Source: a virus. Taken from it: a DNA stretch of 64,000 bases. The notes below the pieces were generated by a model that did not search any database, was not told where the DNA came from, and saw nothing but the letters and a program-made list of their open reading frames with translations. Below are positions 1-9,719 of the stretch, piece by piece. The position numbers and the translations under genes are program-made. Each line of letters begins with the position of its first letter. The first letter of the stretch is position 1. The stretch lies in the UHGV virus genome UHGV-0286546. One strand, 5' to 3'.

Positions 1-208
1 CATTAACCAGAAAGATGATGCGAAATGTCGTGAATATTGCTTGAACTTCGTAAAGGCTACAGAAAAACTTAAGACTGCAGCATTCAAAGTTATCAATATT
101 ACACAGTTGATTAGATGTAAACGTGTTGAAGGTAATCTCAAAATCTTCAATTCGATGAGAGATGCACCTAACTTGATTCGTTTGATTTCAACAATCACTC
201 GCAGATAA
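1..208 (+). CDS. hypothetical protein, C-terminal fragment (5' end outside window)
   Basis: Open frame 2 from window edge to TAA at 206-208 with no internal stops (…NLKIFNSMRDAPNLIRLISTITRR*). Followed by a perfect 10-bp stem-loop at 221-254. Confidence 0.4.
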   Translation, partial: INQKDDAKCREYCLNFVKATEKLKTAAFKVINITQLIRCKRVEGNLKIFNSMRDAPNLIRLISTITRR

Positions 209-220
209 TCTTAAGTAAAA

Positions 221-254
221 ACAAAGGGTTAGGTTATTAAGTTAGTCTAACCCT
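221..254 (+). terminator. stem-loop (aaagggttag-N14-ctaacccttt) downstream of partial CDS; no clear U-tract
   Basis: Perfect 10-bp inverted repeat seen in sequence. A similar element is at 2256-2285. Could be a terminator or an RNA processing/stability hairpin. Confidence 0.35.
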
Positions 255-289
255 TTAACTTCTCAACCACAAAAAGAAAGGAAAGTAAA

Positions 290-694
290 ATGTCTTATGT
301 AGTAATGGATAAACAACGTAATGCCTTTGTTTTATTCGATAGGCATGTTAATAGTTCAACTCTAGAAATTATTACAACGGTTGAATTAGTCGGTTGTATA
401 GAGATTGCTTCAGAATTTAGTTCACAAACGATTGCAGAAAAAATGATTGAGCAAGCCAGTGTAGCGTATGACACAACTGGTTATGAAGTAATCGATGTCG
501 AAGCATATAAACAACAGAAAGAGGCTGAAGCGAAGGAGAATGCACAGAAATACCTAGCCGAAGAATGGAAGAAATTGTCACCTGAAGAAAAGAAAGAACA
601 GATGAAAAAAGCTATCGATAATGGTAATATTGATGAGCTTAAAAAGTTTCTTGAATATGTTGGTGACGATGAATCTAAAGTCGACAACGATTAA
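290..694 (+). CDS. hypothetical acidic protein
   Basis: ORF with RBS gaaaggaaagtaaaATG. Lys/Glu-rich C-terminal half. Confidence 0.6.
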   Translation: MSYVVMDKQRNAFVLFDRHVNSSTLEIITTVELVGCIEIASEFSSQTIAEKMIEQASVAYDTTGYEVIDVEAYKQQKEAEAKENAQKYLAEEWKKLSPEEKKEQMKKAIDNGNIDELKKFLEYVGDDESKVDND

Positions 695-740
695 TCTAAA
701 GTTGAAGAAGACTAAGTTATTGATTTGAAAGGATTTTAAT

Positions 741-2117
741 ATGACAGTTGATGTTAAAGAAATCTGGGAAGCTGCGATGGTTGAATTGGTCATTGAGTTT
801 CCTATTTATGCACAACTTCTAACGAGAATAGGTACGACCTTTGTAAATGAACCTAATCGTAAGTTTGTAGCATGGACAGATGGTAGAACAATTTACGTTA
901 ATGAGTCTATGATAAAAATGTTTAATGAAGATCCTATTGTTAAAGGTGATTCAGGAACACAGTATAACAGAGCCATTACAAAAAGAGAAATGATGTTCCT
1001 TCTGTGTCATGAGTTACTGCATCTTATTGGTTTAACTTACGATAGAGGTTCACAAAAAGGATTGTATCGTGGTGCAGTAAATGCTAACGATAGACACATG
1101 TGGGAATTATGGAATAAAGCCACTGACTATGAAATCAACAGCTTACTACATAATAATGAAAAGACTACAGACCGTGGCGATGTTGTACATAATGCTATCG
1201 GTAAAATGCCAGATTGGGTACTGTATGAAAGCGACTACCGTGACAAAACAGCAGAAGAAATCTTTGAAATCCTTAAGAAAGAGGATGAAAAGAATAATCA
1301 CGGCGGTGGTTCTGGTGGCTGTTCCGGTAAAGGTCAGTCAGCAGATGGAGGTCAAAGCTGTGGTAATAATGTAGATGGTCTTGATTTTAGTATTGATGAT
1401 CATATGCCAATACAGGATGATGCTACTAGAAACGAAGTACTTACTAAGATGTCAGAAGTATTCGGTTCAAGGACTAATGGTTTAGGTATGTCTTCAATCG
1501 ACAGAATGATTAATAACGTATATAAACCTCAACCCTTTAACTGGAGACGTGCACTTACTAGATATATTCGTGGCTGGATGAAAGATAACTATACTTGGAA
1601 CAGACCTTCTCGTGCTGGTATAGCGAATAACCTTATCCTTCCATCATCTGGTCGTACTCCTAAAATGCATATCGGAGTTGCAGTGGATACTTCTGGTTCA
1701 ATTCACGATACTGAGTTACATACTATGATGGATCACTTGTTTACCATTCTATCACAGTTTAAAGACTTTACTGTAGATGTTTGGTGTTGTGGTTCAAAAG
1801 TATATCCCGAAACGTTCCGAACATATACTGCATCGAATAAACGCGAACTACATAATTTCAAGTTTGCTTCTGATGGTGGTAATGATATGCGAGAGAATTT
1901 CAAGTTTATCAAAGAGAAATATAAACAGGATAAATTGGATGTCTTCATCTGTATGTCTGACTTCTATGATCCATTAGACGGTGATACAGAAACAGTAAGT
2001 CCTTGTCCTTGTATTTGGATGGTTCTTGATCACCCTTCATTCACACCACCGTCATTAATTAAAGCGGAAACCTATCCGTTTGTTGTTGAAGATAGTAAGA
2101 ACAATGCTGACTACTAA
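741..2117 (+). CDS. HExxH metallopeptidase-like N-domain + von Willebrand factor A domain protein (DUF2201-type architecture)
   Basis: CHELLHL (HExxH) motif around aa 88-94. MIDAS-like VAVDTSGS (DxSxS) motif around aa 314-321. Gly/Ser-rich linker between the two halves. RBS aaaggattttaatATG. Confidence 0.6.
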   Translation: MTVDVKEIWEAAMVELVIEFPIYAQLLTRIGTTFVNEPNRKFVAWTDGRTIYVNESMIKMFNEDPIVKGDSGTQYNRAITKREMMFLLCHELLHLIGLTYDRGSQKGLYRGAVNANDRHMWELWNKATDYEINSLLHNNEKTTDRGDVVHNAIGKMPDWVLYESDYRDKTAEEIFEILKKEDEKNNHGGGSGGCSGKGQSADGGQSCGNNVDGLDFSIDDHMPIQDDATRNEVLTKMSEVFGSRTNGLGMSSIDRMINNVYKPQPFNWRRALTRYIRGWMKDNYTWNRPSRAGIANNLILPSSGRTPKMHIGVAVDTSGSIHDTELHTMMDHLFTILSQFKDFTVDVWCCGSKVYPETFRTYTASNKRELHNFKFASDGGNDMRENFKFIKEKYKQDKLDVFICMSDFYDPLDGDTETVSPCPCIWMVLDHPSFTPPSLIKAETYPFVVEDSKNNADY

Positions 2118-2309
2118 TTGAAAGGAAAGTAAAATGGTATCTAAGAAAATAACCGTTCCTAAATGGAAATATTTACTTAATGTTTTAAAAGATAAGTTGA
2201 AGAAATATCTTGTCAAATTAAAGCAGAAGTAAGTAATATGTAACAAAAACAAGGGGTTATCTGAAATACGGTAATCCCTTACTACTAACCCAACCAAGGA
2301 GAATGAAGT

Positions 2310-2522
2310 ATGTGGTTAATTGTATTTCTTGTATTTTTATTTAGTGATAGTCGTAAAGTGTTTGTTGTTGTCTTTGCGCTTGCTTGTTTAACGCAGTGTT
2401 ATAGTGAATATTTAAATCATAATCTTAGAGTAAGAAACCAAGAGACTATCGAAAAAATAACCACTCAAATAGGAGAAATTGCAAATGTCAAATCAGAAGA
2501 TATTACAAGCCTTACAGAATAG
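2310..2522 (+). CDS. hypothetical small hydrophobic protein
   Basis: RBS aaggagaatgaagtATG. N-terminal hydrophobic segment. Overlaps the next gene by 44 nt. Confidence 0.4.
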   Translation: MWLIVFLVFLFSDSRKVFVVVFALACLTQCYSEYLNHNLRVRNQETIEKITTQIGEIANVKSEDITSLTE

Positions 2523-2877
2523 TGAATATAGTGATAATGCCAAAACGTTCACTAGTCAAATAAGCAACTGGGATAAGTCTGAAACATTTCCATATGAAGA
2601 CCTTAAACAATATCTTAAGTTACATCAATGGGAATATAACGACTTTAACTTTGAAAATGAGTTACTGATACAAGAATTCTTACCTGCATTTGTATTAGAT
2701 ATATTCTTTGCGATGAAGGAATTCCGAGATAATAGTAGAATGGAATTAACATCAGTACAGGAAACATATGCACGAATCTATGGTTATCCTCATAAGACCC
2801 AAGATGAAAAAGCATTTTGTTTGTATGAGTACTTGTTTAATCGCTACTATGAAAATAGTGAAATTAAAGGAGAATGA
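2479..2877 (+). CDS. hypothetical protein
   Basis: ORF with RBS aggagaaattgcaaATG. Confidence 0.6.
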   Translation: MQMSNQKILQALQNSEYSDNAKTFTSQISNWDKSETFPYEDLKQYLKLHQWEYNDFNFENELLIQEFLPAFVLDIFFAMKEFRDNSRMELTSVQETYARIYGYPHKTQDEKAFCLYEYLFNRYYENSEIKGE

Positions 2878-2880
2878 AAG

Positions 2881-4071
2881 ATGGATACCAAAGTAATAGA
2901 ATTTTTTCGTAAGTTAGATGAATACTACGATAGAGCAGCTGCTAAATATAACTTGCCCTATAACAAAAACCGTCTTAGTGGAATTGCAGGTATATTAACA
3001 ACTGCTAAAGATAATGGTGATTCTTATAAAATCTTATTAAAAGGAAACTATCTTAAAAACTGGAGTTCAGATTTACTCGGCACAGTTCTCGATGTTTTAC
3101 CGGAACTTACACAAGAAGATAAAGATAAGATTTTATCACATCCCAAATTCGCAGAATACATTTTAATTTCAGAAGACGGTGAAATCAGTCATTTGTTTGA
3201 ATCATCTGTTGTTAGAAAGATGATTAAAAGCTGTGAACAAACACTCGAAAAAAATGATTATAGTCGTAAATACCTTTATACCTATGATACTATTTTATCT
3301 AGTATGTCAGATCCTTTTAATCCTACAGATGAAGAAATCTATAATATATTCTTACATCATGATTTAGATTTCTTAGAAGTCTTTAGAGAAGTTTGGGGTG
3401 ATAGAGTATTAGATATTGCTATCAAAGCAATTGACTACAAGGTTAATGTTAAAAAAGACTTAGCAATGAAGAGTTCAGTACTCATAAGCGGTGATATTTT
3501 TAATGAATTAGCTGTGCGATGGAAAGGAGATATTAATGCTTTTAGCTTCGCATGGCTTGATTGTGTAAAAGTTGAATCTTTCTATAAACTGTGTACAAAA
3601 GATAAAAGATACTATAAAGCAATCCCTAAGTTTATTTCACATGATGAACATAAAGCTGTTCCAAATAATGTATTTAATGAAAAAGATACATTTGATGAAA
3701 CATTTAGACTTCTTATGCTTATTGCTAAGGTATGTCAAAACAGAGAGATACCTAAATATCAAGCTGCTAAATTAAAACAGTATGTAGCATTGATTAAGAT
3801 TCATGATTATAAATTTGAAACGATTGTCGATACATTGCTTGACTGTAAAGATAATCCTCCAGCTGAACTTCCTAAAGAACAGAAACCAGCTAAAACTAAA
3901 ATGTATATGCTTATTGGTTCAGATGGATCAGCAAGAGCATTTAATACACAGAGTGAAAGATTAAAGGCTCTAAACGAATTAACTGAAGAAAATCCAACAG
4001 TTAAATACTTTAAGTCAGTCGCTACACTTAAACCTGAAGACGAAGGAGAATTACAGAATGAGAACAACTGA
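2881..4071 (+). CDS. hypothetical protein (396 aa)
   Basis: Long ORF tightly coupled to the upstream gene (ggagaATGaaagATGG). Confidence 0.7.
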   Translation: MDTKVIEFFRKLDEYYDRAAAKYNLPYNKNRLSGIAGILTTAKDNGDSYKILLKGNYLKNWSSDLLGTVLDVLPELTQEDKDKILSHPKFAEYILISEDGEISHLFESSVVRKMIKSCEQTLEKNDYSRKYLYTYDTILSSMSDPFNPTDEEIYNIFLHHDLDFLEVFREVWGDRVLDIAIKAIDYKVNVKKDLAMKSSVLISGDIFNELAVRWKGDINAFSFAWLDCVKVESFYKLCTKDKRYYKAIPKFISHDEHKAVPNNVFNEKDTFDETFRLLMLIAKVCQNREIPKYQAAKLKQYVALIKIHDYKFETIVDTLLDCKDNPPAELPKEQKPAKTKMYMLIGSDGSARAFNTQSERLKALNELTEENPTVKYFKSVATLKPEDEGELQNENN

Positions 4072-4360
4072 AGAACTTAAAACCATATTTCTGAAAAGTC
4101 ACAATCAGTTATTACAGAATATGCAGAGACAAGCTACCGAATTTGCTGAAGCTATGCTTAATAAAGATGAGTCAGTAGCTAAAGCAAGGTATGTTGAAGT
4201 TAAAAATGCTGCAGATAAAATATTAAAAGAAAATAATGTGACTGCAGAAGAATTAGAAATCATTAAAGCACATCAAAAAGAATGGGTAAAAGATGCCATG
4301 CAAGATGTACTTAGTGTATTAACCAACCAGATGAAAGGAAAAGACAATGAAAGCATATAA
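4058..4360 (+). CDS. hypothetical protein
   Basis: ORF overlapping the upstream stop. RBS gaaggagaattacagaATG. Confidence 0.6.
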   Translation: MRTTEELKTIFLKSHNQLLQNMQRQATEFAEAMLNKDESVAKARYVEVKNAADKILKENNVTAEELEIIKAHQKEWVKDAMQDVLSVLTNQMKGKDNESI

Positions 4361-4820
4361 AGTAGATACGATGCTAGTACGCGAAGAAGCACTTAAAGAA
4401 CTCGATGCTTTTGCTTGGCGTAATGGTTACGGTCGTATCAATAAAGAGGATATGAGTAGCTGGTGTCCTGAAGTTAAAAAAGAATGGAAGAATTGTTACT
4501 CACTTGTATATAGTAAATACAGAGGTATAGCGGCAAGGAAAGCAGCAAATCTCTGGACATCAGTACTTAATAACGGTAACTTAGAAAAGATATTTGCTAG
4601 TTATGGTTTTGTCTTAGCTGACGGTAGGGTATACGTTCATGACAATGCTTCAACTATCATTAAGGCTGTACTTAAAGCTGCAATTAACGAGATTGAAAAA
4701 GAGATTGGTATTAAAGGTATCAAGATAAGACCAAGAATTACAGCCGGTAGTCATAATCTACTTGATTGGTCAGATGCACATATCGAAGAAGAAGAGGAAC
4801 AAGAAGAAAAAGAAATTTAA
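4347..4820 (+). CDS. hypothetical protein with acidic C-terminal tail
   Basis: ORF with RBS aaaggaaaagacaATG. Ends EEEEEQEEKEI. Confidence 0.6.
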   Translation: MKAYKVDTMLVREEALKELDAFAWRNGYGRINKEDMSSWCPEVKKEWKNCYSLVYSKYRGIAARKAANLWTSVLNNGNLEKIFASYGFVLADGRVYVHDNASTIIKAVLKAAINEIEKEIGIKGIKIRPRITAGSHNLLDWSDAHIEEEEEQEEKEI

Positions 4821-4826
4821 TTCAGT

Positions 4827-4858
4827 AGAAATAACGGCTTTACATATTTATTATTTTG
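4827..4858 (+). promoter_or_regulatory. sigma70-like promoter (ggcTTTACA-N17-TAATAA)
   Basis: Instance of the recurrent TG(T/C)TTTACA motif. About 70 nt upstream of the 4928 start. Confidence 0.45.
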
Positions 4859-4927
4859 TAGTAATAATAAACCAATAATTAAATGTAATGGTGCATTTAA
4901 TAATTTTTTAATGAAAGGAAATCAACT

Positions 4928-5395
4928 ATGTTTACTGTATATCCAACTAAAATGAAATCTATGACCAACATGCATAAATCTTTTGAAACCGAAATGGAAG
5001 CAAAAGAATATGTAGCAAGCAGAAAAAACCCGGATAACTATACAATCGAGTTTAATGGTACAAAAACTGACCATACAGCAACAAATTCAGAAATTGCTAC
5101 TACGAATACTGAAAATAAACAGAATGCATCCACGGGTCAAAAAAAGGCTCCTAAAATTGAAATTAACTTTGAAGATGCAGTAAGAATCACGAGGGAGAAT
5201 GTACGCCACTTCTATGGTAAAGCTGGTTATATCCAAGTTGTCAATGAATCCGGTGAAGTATTACATATCGGAAAGACTAAGAATATGGGTAAAGTATTTA
5301 GTAACTATGTAAACTGTGCTCGATATAATCAGTCTTACGATTTTAACCTAGATGGTACTGACCAATTGTTCTTCAAAGAATGTTTAATTGACTAA
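4928..5395 (+). CDS. hypothetical protein
   Basis: ORF with RBS gaaaggaaatcaactATG. Confidence 0.6.
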   Translation: MFTVYPTKMKSMTNMHKSFETEMEAKEYVASRKNPDNYTIEFNGTKTDHTATNSEIATTNTENKQNASTGQKKAPKIEINFEDAVRITRENVRHFYGKAGYIQVVNESGEVLHIGKTKNMGKVFSNYVNCARYNQSYDFNLDGTDQLFFKECLID

Positions 5396-5485
5396 GTAAT
5401 CCGTAATATTAATAAAAAAGGATGGTATAGAATAAACAATATATCATCCTTTCTTTTTCTTCAATCACAAAAAAGGAACAGACCA

Positions 5486-6223
5486 ATGAATATTACAGAA
5501 CAGCAATGTAAATACTTCATACGTCATAAAAGAAGTATGATTGTAAAGGAAGATAGCGATTATAATAAAGGCTACTACGTAAGTTGGACAAAGAATAGAC
5601 CGGTATGTACTCCTGATGAAGTATTATATGTTATAAACAAATGTTATATTGTAGCTTTTACCAAACAGGAAGCTCTTAACATAATCGGTAAAAATGAAAA
5701 TGAGTATAGAGATGACAGATATCGGTATTGTCAATATATAGAAATCATAAACTATGTAAAAGCACAGACCGGAAAAGCTCTTATAAGTATGGAAGGTAAA
5801 TATAAAACTGCTTTTTATGCATATAATGTATCCGAAGATGGTATTGCTGTCATACTGTTTGATGTAAAAGATATGATTAAGATTGTTACTAGAACCAAAA
5901 AAGAAGAAAAACTACAGCAAGAACTTGACGATAGGATGTCTAAGCGTAAACTTATTGATACTATCTTTAAAGCGGCTATCGATAACATTGCTGAAAAATA
6001 TGGTTTAGAATATCAATCTGAGTTTAATTGTTTAACTTTAAGCAACCCGAATAAATTGTACGATCTAATTGATTTAGTACTTAAAGAAGTAATTGCTAAA
6101 GACTTCGCACAAATTGGTTTACAGATTAATCCTAGAATGGAAAGATCTAAAAGTATTACTACAATGTCAAAAATAATTGATCTTGATGATGCAGAAATAG
6201 TGGAGGTAACAAATGAAGAATAA
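5486..6223 (+). CDS. hypothetical protein
   Basis: ORF with RBS aaaaggaacagaccaATG. Confidence 0.6.
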   Translation: MNITEQQCKYFIRHKRSMIVKEDSDYNKGYYVSWTKNRPVCTPDEVLYVINKCYIVAFTKQEALNIIGKNENEYRDDRYRYCQYIEIINYVKAQTGKALISMEGKYKTAFYAYNVSEDGIAVILFDVKDMIKIVTRTKKEEKLQQELDDRMSKRKLIDTIFKAAIDNIAEKYGLEYQSEFNCLTLSNPNKLYDLIDLVLKEVIAKDFAQIGLQINPRMERSKSITTMSKIIDLDDAEIVEVTNEE

Positions 6224-6238
6224 AAAAGTTATATTATT

Positions 6239-6270
6239 GGCTTTACATGTGGAATAGCTTATTGTATGAT
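6239..6270 (+). promoter_or_regulatory. sigma70-like promoter (ggcTTTACA-N17-TATGAT)
   Basis: TTTACA at 6242-6247 and TATGAT at 6265-6270. Confidence 0.4.
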
Positions 6271-6412
6271 GTATATATAAGATGCAATGAAGCATGTTAT
6301 ATTTTTATGAAAGGATAAATCATGACTAAATCTGGACTGCTACGTAAAATGGCTTCTAAGATTATTAAAAAGAAATAACTCTAAATAATCAATTAACCAT
6401 AGAGAAATAGGA

Positions 6413-6598
6413 TTGTTATGTATATTAGCAGTCCTATTACTTTTTATAAATGAAAGGAATAAAACAATGTGGTACGTAAAACTCAATGGAACAATCCTTC
6501 CTACTCCTTACTTGCATTACAGTGATTGTTTTGATGCTTGTAATAGACTTAAAGAAGAAATGATTGCGGTATGTACAGAACCTGTTTTTATAGAATAA
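6413..6598 (+). CDS. hypothetical small protein
   Basis: Short ORF. A better internal start may be MWYVKLNG after RBS gaaaggaataaaacaATG at about 6467. Confidence 0.35.
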   Translation: MLCILAVLLLFINERNKTMWYVKLNGTILPTPYLHYSDCFDACNRLKEEMIAVCTEPVFIE

Positions 6599-6611
6599 AG
6601 GAGAATATCTG

Positions 6612-6896
6612 ATGTTAGAGTTAATGCCAACTGTAATTAAACCGGCTAAAGACATACAAGATTACTTAGAAAGAAAGCTTACAGTTGCTCTTACAGTTGA
6701 ATTTGAAGATAAGAGAGTATGTTATAAAACTCTTTCATCCACAAGTAGCTTCAGTTGTCAAATAGCAGGTTATATACAGGACTTCTTTCAAGAAACTTTA
6801 AGGATAGGTATTTTTAAAGCCTACAGTAGAGTTTATATAAATAACGATGATGTAGAATTATTACATACGATTTTAAGACTAGAAGGAAAACTGTAA
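6612..6896 (+). CDS. small protein, LxRIxGYL-box paralog family member
   Basis: Ends …ELLHTILRLEGKL. RBS aaaggagaatatctgATG. Confidence 0.65.
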   Translation: MLELMPTVIKPAKDIQDYLERKLTVALTVEFEDKRVCYKTLSSTSSFSCQIAGYIQDFFQETLRIGIFKAYSRVYINNDDVELLHTILRLEGKL

Positions 6897-6912
6897 TGAA
6901 AGGAGGTTTAGA

Positions 6913-7212
6913 ATGATAGAATGTAATATATTATGGGAATTGCTTGCAAAAGGATGTAACTACCCCTATATTACAATTACTATACCAGAAGAAAATAAAA
7001 CACGCATCTACATTACTAAACCTTATGATAGATATAGACCTATATCTAATAACATAGTAAACCAAGTAGTTGATACTATAGTAAATACATTTAAACAAGA
7101 AGGCATAAACGTAATCAAAACAAATCTTTCCACTGATTTTCATGAATATATAGTGGATGCTGATATAAACTTTCTTATTGGATTAATTAAAGTAAAAGGA
7201 GTATGTTCATGA
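6913..7212 (+). CDS. small protein, LxRIxGYL-box family (divergent: …FLIGLIKVKGVCS)
   Basis: RBS gaaaggaggtttagaATG. C-terminal variant of the family box. Confidence 0.6.
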   Translation: MIECNILWELLAKGCNYPYITITIPEENKTRIYITKPYDRYRPISNNIVNQVVDTIVNTFKQEGINVIKTNLSTDFHEYIVDADINFLIGLIKVKGVCS

Positions 7213-7499
7213 GGATAACTAGAGCATTTCAAAAGGAATTAAGACGCTTACTCCGAAGACATAACCTAGAAGCTTTCAGACTAAATGTAACAGACATAAC
7301 TGAAAACAATAAACCTAAAGTATATATCTACTTACTTATAGGTGATCTTCCTCACATTAGAATAAGTGATTATCTTTTATTACTAAGTGGAGTCTTTGAT
7401 AAATCAGGAGTTGAATACCAATATCTAAAGAATGTTTGTACCTTTAGTTTTAATCCAGAAGATATAGAAGTATTAACCGGATTTATTAGACTATATTAA
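7203..7499 (+). CDS. small protein, LxRIxGYL-box family (…VLTGFIRLY)
   Basis: RBS taaaggagtatgttcATG. Confidence 0.6.
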   Translation: MFMRITRAFQKELRRLLRRHNLEAFRLNVTDITENNKPKVYIYLLIGDLPHIRISDYLLLLSGVFDKSGVEYQYLKNVCTFSFNPEDIEVLTGFIRLY

Positions 7500-7514
7500 A
7501 AGGAGATAAATACT

Positions 7515-7880
7515 ATGTCAGACTTTAAATTGGAATTAATTAAACAAGGAGTTGTACTGGATAATATACCCGAAGAAATGTATTGGGCTTATGAAACTGT
7601 ACGTCAATCTGGTATATACAATATGTTAGTATTTCATCCTATTATGGGAAGATATGCAGAATCTAATAAAGATGAAGTATTAAAAGTTATGGATGATATA
7701 TATGTAAAGTACTGTGCTTATACAAATGCTAACATAGAAGAAAGTAAATACGTACATATGACTGTAGACCATGTACGAGCTATCCAAGAATGTTATAACT
7801 TATGTAAAGATTACTTTAAACCTGTACCAGAAGGAGTTATTAATCTTAAACGTAAAGTAAGTATAGATATTGAGTTTTGA
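7515..7880 (+). CDS. hypothetical protein
   Basis: RBS aaggagataaatactATG. Confidence 0.6.
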   Translation: MSDFKLELIKQGVVLDNIPEEMYWAYETVRQSGIYNMLVFHPIMGRYAESNKDEVLKVMDDIYVKYCAYTNANIEESKYVHMTVDHVRAIQECYNLCKDYFKPVPEGVINLKRKVSIDIEF

Positions 7881-8131
7881 TTAAAGGAGAATACAATATG
7901 CTTGTTAAATGTGAAATTATAGACAAAAGAATTAAAGACGGTTTCTTTTCTACTAAATATATTGTTACTGTTAGACCTATAGAAAAACTTAAACCAAAAG
8001 CTATAGAAGTAAAATTCAGTATGGAAAGTTATCATTACTGTCATATAGGAGATATCATTACTTTAACATTTAATGAAGAAGACGATGGTTTATACTATAT
8101 AGATCATGATGCAGGATTCTCAAAAAACTAA
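7877..8131 (+). CDS. hypothetical protein
   Basis: RBS aaaggagaatacaatATG. Overlaps the upstream stop (translational coupling). Confidence 0.55.
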   Translation: MIKGEYNMLVKCEIIDKRIKDGFFSTKYIVTVRPIEKLKPKAIEVKFSMESYHYCHIGDIITLTFNEEDDGLYYIDHDAGFSKN

Positions 8132-8141
8132 GGAGGTTAAC

Positions 8142-8414
8142 ATGAATACTAATTACTTAGATGAATTAGTTAAAATGCTATACCGTTACACAAATAACAT
8201 TTTTAGATATAAAGTAAGTATTGAAATAGATCAGGTATATATTTATCCTCGAAGTATTAATTATAGTAAACATACACTAGAAGCTCTATCTAATGTTAAA
8301 GACTTATTTGAAAAAACATTAAATAAAGAAATTAAAAAAGTACAAAACCAACTAATACTTAATCTACAGGATGTTATAGATTTATATACTATACTTAGAA
8401 TACAAGGAGTATAA
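8142..8414 (+). CDS. small protein, LxRIxGYL-box family (…DLYTILRIQGV)
   Basis: Start chosen at ATG 8142, after RBS ctaaggaggttaacATG. The ORF-track start at 8106 lacks an RBS. Confidence 0.6.
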   Translation: MNTNYLDELVKMLYRYTNNIFRYKVSIEIDQVYIYPRSINYSKHTLEALSNVKDLFEKTLNKEIKKVQNQLILNLQDVIDLYTILRIQGV

Positions 8415-8448
8415 ACATTATGACCAACCACAGTAAGGAGTACTACAT

Positions 8449-8757
8449 ATGGATAAAGAAATAATAGAAAACATATTAGACTTTGAAGTTATCACTATGA
8501 ACATATTTCAAAGTCATTTGTTTGTTTCAAATATAGAAAAACATGAAGGTATAGATCATGTATGTCTTGTTATTGACTATACCAAAGATAATGCTAAAGA
8601 AAAAATAGAAGGATTATTACAGAATGCAGGAGTACAGTATACCTATATAAAATCTGATTACTCTAATTTCTGCGGTAAAATACTATTTAAAGTATCTGAC
8701 CTAGAACTTTTAAATACTTATCTACGAATTAAATATGCAGACAGTTTAATATACTAA
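8449..8757 (+). CDS. small protein, LxRIxGYL-box family (…LLNTYLRIKYADSLIY)
   Basis: RBS agtaaggagtactacatATG. Confidence 0.6.
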   Translation: MDKEIIENILDFEVITMNIFQSHLFVSNIEKHEGIDHVCLVIDYTKDNAKEKIEGLLQNAGVQYTYIKSDYSNFCGKILFKVSDLELLNTYLRIKYADSLIY

Positions 8758-8776
8758 TATAAAGGAGGAATATACT

Positions 8777-9064
8777 ATGGCTATTTTACCACTATCAAAT
8801 TATATTAGAAGGTACTTAACACAAGGATCTCAATTGGCTTTTCATACTACTAAAGGAACTAAAATAATTGCTCCAGGTATGATATTTGGTTTACGTTTAT
8901 CTCATGATCGTAGAAAAATAAGATGTATTATAGAAGATGAAATCAATAAAGTCTTTACACTTACTAGAGAAGATTATCAATACTTATTAGATAATTCAAT
9001 TTCTATTCCTGAAGCAATCAAAGAAGGATACCTAACAGAAGATAAACTAACTATTTATGACTAA
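8777..9064 (+). CDS. hypothetical protein
   Basis: RBS taaaggaggaatatactATG. Confidence 0.6.
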   Translation: MAILPLSNYIRRYLTQGSQLAFHTTKGTKIIAPGMIFGLRLSHDRRKIRCIIEDEINKVFTLTREDYQYLLDNSISIPEAIKEGYLTEDKLTIYD

Positions 9065-9245
9065 CCCTTTCTTTTCTTCTGTTTTTCGTTTTTCTTTTTA
9101 TATATTTTTTCTTTTAACTTTTATTATTCTTTTCTTTAATATTTATTATTATTAATTTTAAATTTTATTATTTTTTTATTTTAACTTTAAATTTTTATTT
9201 TCATTTAACATTTAATATTTTTTATTATTACTTTTTTTAATACCC
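9064..9245. repeat. T/A low-complexity tract (poly-T / TTTTA-type microsatellite-like)
   Basis: About 180 bp with almost no G or C, made of ttttc/tttta/ttatt units. Followed by a purine-only tract at 9250-9300. Confidence 0.7.
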
Positions 9246-9350
9246 TTACTTTATTTAAGAGAAGTGAAAGAAGAAAACAAAGAAGAAAGCGAGAGAAGAT
9301 GCAAACACAGTTTAGAACCAGGTACTACGTAAAACCCAAATTATAAATAC

Positions 9351-9391
9351 CAAGTTACGCACAGCTTTTTGCAAGTTACGCACAGTTTTTT
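9351..9391 (+). repeat. direct repeat caagttacgcacag ×2, each followed by a T-run
   Basis: Exact 14-nt repeat at 9351-9364 and 9372-9385. Confidence 0.8.
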
Positions 9392-9429
9392 AATCTACTA
9401 ATAAAAAATATAAAAAATACTTAAAAAAT

Positions 9430-9461
9430 TGCTTTACATTATCCATTTATTATGACATAGT
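9430..9461 (+). promoter_or_regulatory. promoter-like element (aaaaattGCTTTACA … ATGACATAGTAT)
   Basis: TGCTTTACA core with an upstream A-tract. Also matches the T4 MotA-box-like TGCTTTA with TATTAT 11 nt downstream. Confidence 0.4.
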
Positions 9462-9719
9462 ATATTTGTTAGCTTGAGTGAATCATGTTAATTACATTTA
9501 AGTTTAAATTTGATCTTTATATTCCGAATTAATAAAGAATTGGTAAACATGTAGCCAGTTGTTTTGTTGATTTGTTAGTTGCTCCTCCTTGTTGGTTACC
9601 TCTTATTAGCCAACGCAAAGAATGTTATAATGCTTCTTATATGGAAGTTAACCATCTGCAACTGTGGAATGATTAGATGGAATTATAACGATAAGAGTTT
9701 TGTCATCTTTGGAAGTGTG

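Noticed and set aside
481-793. Minus-strand ORFs 481-687 and 578-793 overlapping the 290-694 gene
   Set aside because: They are antisense to a plus-strand gene with a good RBS. They have low-complexity Ser/Phe/Ile-rich translations typical of AT-rich antisense frames and no RBS.
1081-1977. Internal and antisense ORFs 1081-1374(+), 1733-1948(-) and 1777-1977(+) inside the 741-2117 gene
   Set aside because: They are fully nested in a longer ORF with recognisable motifs. They have no start signals.
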